From NCBI GenBank assembly GCA_051362555.1, contig CM120643.1, positions 22,882,848 through 22,946,847 of the forward strand: DNA of 64,000 nucleotides, written 5' to 3'. The position numbers were made by a program, and so were the translations under genes. How positions within the stretch are numbered: the first letter of the stretch is position 1; the number at the start of each line of letters is the position of its first letter. This document shows positions 59,801 through 64,000 of this stretch, one piece after another. The stretch is from Lingula anatina. Taxonomy: Eukaryota > Animalia > Brachiopoda. The notes below the pieces were generated by a model. The model ran no database searches. It was not told where the DNA came from and was given only the letters and a program-made list of their open reading frames with translations.

Positions 59801-61016
59801 CCTCCATAGGCAGCAGCCAGTTCATGATACAGGAACTTGAGGAAGGCTCTTCTTGCCACGACCTCAGCATGGCTGTCATTCAATATGTCACCTACAAGAG
59901 ATATGTCAAGAGATATAATAAGGATGGATTCAAATATTTACAGGCATGTCCTTTGGCTATGCCAAAATGTGAAAATTATGACAAAAGATCCAAACTTAAT
60001 ATTTTATGATAATCAAATTTTACATGACACACGTTCTAGATTTTAAACATTTTTCTTGGTTATATACAAATGCCAACACTGTATCTACTAGCATGTTTTT
60101 TTTTGTGTGTGTGTTGAAGACTTTAAAAACAGAATGAACTGAAAATAAGATGCAGAAAAAAAAGAAACATGAAATAAAAATGAAGAAAATAAAGTTCTAA
60201 ATAAAACTGTGAAAATGAATAAAGCTTTATTTCTTACCTTTGCTACTCATCTTTGACTGCCCAATACACTTGGAGCCTGTTCCTAATGACACCAGACTGG
60301 CTTCATAAGCACCTGGAAAACAATGACGTGTACATGTCTTTGAATGATAAGAACTGTCCGAATAACCATACAATGATATGCACAGAAAAATAAATGAAGA
60401 TAAAGGGAAAACTTTAGCATAATTAAAACAACAGATTAAAATTATTGTCATCATAAAAATTCAATTTCCAAGCATACATCTATACCTACTGGGGGTACGT
60501 GCACATGTCTGTACTTGTGCAGCCAGACTATAAAATTTTACTAATACATGTATTGTGATGCTCCAGTATAACATCTTTTAATGAGAGAAATAAAAAATAA
60601 AGTAGAATATATTCTTTACATTCTTTTCATCACATGTATGATGTTGTATATCATATGGCAGCAGTACCCCACTATGTCGTAGTTTTCTGTTTGTTATGTA
60701 ACTGAAGTTTACTTTTTTTATAATTCATTTATTACATAACATCCAGCCACATGTGGGCATGTTGGCGAACTGGTAGAGAAGGAACAATTCATTGTGGGAG
60801 ATATGTTAATTATGTAAATTACCTTACAATATACAACACACTATACACACCGTTCGTCTTCTCTGTTGTCATGACAACTGCAGCTAACAATGTCCACTCT
60901 CTCCTGGGCACAGGCTTTCCCTTTTTAGGCAGCTTGTTTGCATAGTGGTCAAAGCATATCTTGGTCAACTTGTCGGCAAATTGAGCATCTTTTTGCCAGT
61001 TTCTTTCTTCATGCAT
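56804..61016 (-). CDS. ADAT1: tRNA-specific adenosine deaminase 1 (A37 of tRNA-Ala), 7 coding exons
   Basis: Exons 60851-61016 ([17 protein letters not shown]), 60238-60312 ([11 protein letters not shown]), 59706-59891 ([20 protein letters not shown]), 58384-59448 ([45 protein letters not shown]), 57874-57973, 57314-57400, 56804-56963 (TYADFK..YQKAW..WVSKP). All GT-AG and in phase; no dsRBD, so ADAT1 rather than ADAR. Confidence 0.95.
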
Positions 61017-61231
61017 CTCTAGATCTATTGAATCAGAACTGTCCTTGCAAGAAGAACTGTAAAAAGAAAACTAATCTTTCATCAATCTGCTTTTTTCCAA
61101 CTGTTGGCTTGCCACTACAGGGGTCATCATTTCACATCATTACTCCCCTCTAATGCCAGTATTATAAACCCAAATTTTGTCTTGTAACATTAGAGGGTGT
61201 GGTTGCATGGTGAAAAATATAAATGATAACT

Positions 61232-61235
<4 letters not shown>

Positions 61236-61266
<31 letters not shown>

Positions 61267-61290
61267 GAAGAAGAAGAAGAAGAAGAAGAA
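61236..61290. repeat. Compound (AAT)n(AAG)n microsatellite
   Basis: Read directly from the sequence. Confidence 0.9.
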
Positions 61291-61639
61291 TGATATGGGG
61301 AAGCTTATCCCACACGGTTCATTTGTAATTTTTCGGGGGGAGGGGTGGGGGGGGGGGGTAGGATTAGCACACAGTCACTAAATCATATATCTGTACGCCG
61401 AAGACCGTCGTTGTTTTAATGGAACAGTTAACGTGCAAATCGTAAAACGAACCGACATCAAACGCAGAGCAACGAAGAACTGCCATAAGTCTAGATAAAA
61501 CAATGCGCAAGTACCAGCTAGTAACTGAGTAATGGAACTAAAGTCTAAACGGCCGTCTATTCACTTCTATTTCTTCAGTAAGTTCATAATTTCTCGATCT
61601 TCAAGAAGTCAGATATTAGTGACATTACATTACATGAAG

Positions 61640-61850
61640 CTTACGTTTTTAAAGTATGCATCAAATGAATCCATCAAATGAATTTTTTGGACGAAACAAC
61701 ACAGCGGTACATTGTCCCAATTACAAACTAAAAATAGAATACCGGAAATAGTTAAAAATTCCTTCCTTCGATTGCAAAAGAGTCCCTTAGTGTTCTTTAG
61801 TTGGCCTTGTACATTTTGCGTTTAAATGCAATGCGTTGTTCCAGGTAAGC
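61640..61850. promoter_or_regulatory. Probable bidirectional promoter between ADAT1 and ANKRD27
   Basis: Divergent genes; candidate non-coding first-exon donors on the minus strand (~61640, gtaagc) and plus strand (CAG|gtaagc at 61844/61845); ETS-type ACCGGAAAT at 61741-61749. Confidence 0.45.
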
Positions 61851-63070
61851 TTTGCTTTTATAAAAAGATATTGAATCCACATATGAATTATTTGGTTTGA
61901 AATAGTTTGCTGAATTATCATTCCCAGCTTAATCAGTCTTATTCGAAAAGCGCAACGAGTTGGCCTCGGAGTCACGGGACTTGAACTGGAAGTGGACAGA
62001 TAACAATAATAAACAAATGTTTTATGACGCCGTAAATAATAAATCTGACTCTAAGTTTATGTCTACTAGAATTATTGTACGAAGGATGTAAGGATTTGTG
62101 TCTATGGCGTTGTCTTAAAGGTCTCAAGCAGAATGTAACATGCAATTTAGTACCAGTATATAAAATAGTGAGCATGAATAATTTACTCTTAAGTTAACAT
62201 TTCCTGGGTCAGTAACACTGGTCACTTTTAATAACAGTATTGTGCCAGCTTGCAAAATATTAAGTAACTCAATTTTGACTTCATTGATCAAGGGTATCCA
62301 ACATGCCATGAAGGTCGCCAGGAAACCTGAATATTTGTAACAATCTTTGAAGTCAGATGTAGATATTTTAGTCTAAATGATCATCCTTCAGTACCACCTA
62401 CAGTTTGATCCAACATATGTTTGTCCCTAGGTTCCACTCATTTCTTTCCATCTGTGATCTTCTTACCCAGCACATATTGTTGAAGATCCTTGATTTTAGC
62501 ATTAGAGACAGATTTTATGAAAGTATGTGTACTTATTCAAAACAAACTTGCCTGTTTAAGACACTGACAGCTTTGTTGTGCAGCTTGCTCATAATTGTGA
62601 TGGCTGCCTTTTTGACCTAAGCATATTCAGTAACTAAAAAAACAAAACAAAACAAAACCCCTTGACTGGGACTAAATTTATTCATTTCTGTATTCGATTA
62701 TTGCTATATTTTTTTGACAGTGTTAAAACCATCAATTTGAATTAATATTCACACTTTGATCCCAAGCTTGATAATGAAAAAGTTCTCTTAAAGTCCCATG
62801 TGACCTCAAAAGTGTTGATTAAAGCAATGCTTATTTATGGAAGGTGATAAATGAGAATCAATAATTCACTATGTAATATGGCTCTGGGTAGGTAGTAACT
62901 CAATTTGCATGGATCAGCTTGGTGGATGCTAAAGGCAGCAGATTGCTAAGGTATTAACAGAGGTTAACATTCTTCATTTAAGGAGGAAAGGAGGAAGTGT
63001 GTCTACTGCTATAACTGAGTTGAATTTTTTTGACTTTCTTTTTCTTTTACAACAGAACAGGCCAGAAGCT

Positions 63071-63878
63071 ATGCAGTCCTATGATGAAGATCTCTTTGAG
63101 AACAAGTTCTTTGTTAACTTGCAGTCGAAATATGCAGAAATCTACAACTTTGCTGCTGACAACAGATATATGGTACAGTACCTCATTCTCTCTCTCTCTA
63201 AAATTTTAAAAGGTTTAATAAAATTCACATAGTGTTTATGTTATAAAGTGATATGAAAATTACATTTCTTTTTCTTTTCTTATTTTTCTTTTTACAGATC
63301 TGTGTCCCCAGAACAGGTCACAGCTCCTCTAAATATCTTTATACTGAAGAGGACTACAGAAACCATATCCTGATCCCAGTGGATGACACTCCAGGGACGT
63401 TCAAGACAGCCAATGATAAGGTATCTAGAGTAAGCTAAAAAGGATAGTATATAACAAATGTCATAAGTAAATTCTAATAATCCTAAAGAAAGTGAAAATA
63501 CACACATATGCCTGTACACACAAAAAATGTGTCTGTGTGCTTGCACGCATGTTCACACACATATGGGAACATGCATGCATGCACATACACACTCTCTTGC
63601 ACACCTACACGCATGCATACACAAACACACACATATATCTTGATCTAGAACTAAAAAAAAAAAAAAAAAAAAAACGAAAATTTCCAGCACTTACTAGGTA
63701 TTTCCCAAAACAGTATTCCCTAATTTAAATTTTCAATACTGTAACCTGTTTATATGTCTAATGACTTCATGTTAAATGCCTAAGTACCAGTGATTTCTCA
63801 GTTGGTTTATCTGTTCAGGAGGTGACAATCCAGAGTGGGGTCATCACAACAGGTCATGGGTTCAAGGATGTTAGAAAT
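63071..63878 (+). CDS. ANKRD27: Ankyrin repeat domain-containing protein 27 (VARP), first three coding exons; continues past the window
   Basis: Exons 63071-63172 (MQSYDEDLFENKFFVNLQ), 63298-63420 (ICVPRTG..HILIP..FKTANDK) and 63819-63878 (EVTIQSGVITTGHGF), all phase 0. They resemble the ANKRD27 N-terminus as I recall it (MALYDEDLLKNPFYLALQ..VLVPCKG..YILIP..FQTLNGKDVFIQG). Confidence 0.85.
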
Positions 63879-64000
63879 GTGAGTAATGCATACACTACGT
63901 AGGGCAGAATTGATATCCTGCACATCTCTTTCTGTCATATCATATGTATAAAGAGAAGTACTAAGTATATATTGTTTTTACTTTTATCTGAGTATATAAA

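Overview
This is AT-rich, intron-containing animal genomic DNA, probably a marine invertebrate (inferred from gene content and repeat types, not proven). It is not prokaryotic, and most short ORFs in the track are spurious. I rebuilt four host genes by hand from splice phases: (1) a 5-exon ubiquitin-like + RBR E3 ligase on the minus strand (2772-6320); (2) a ~22-exon divergent USP20/USP33-like deubiquitinase on the plus strand (22666-52638), with apparently four DUSP repeats and two exons I could not read cleanly; (3) ADAT1 on the minus strand (56804-61016); (4) the 5' exons of ANKRD27/VARP, head-to-head with ADAT1. Transposons are dense: a TIR-complete Tc1 relic, L1/Tx1 and CR1/L2 fragments, a Harbinger element with a nested Mutator-like element, Helentron-like elements carrying tandem arrays (one with a 146-bp unit), and a decayed ~4-5 kb tandem duplication. 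The most striking item is a full-length, intact CR1/L2-group LINE in a USP intron. Its ORF1 begins with a DnaJ-like domain lacking the HPD motif, followed by a possible TBP-like domain, a coiled coil and an SGNH esterase. All domain calls are by-eye motif matches; no searches were run.
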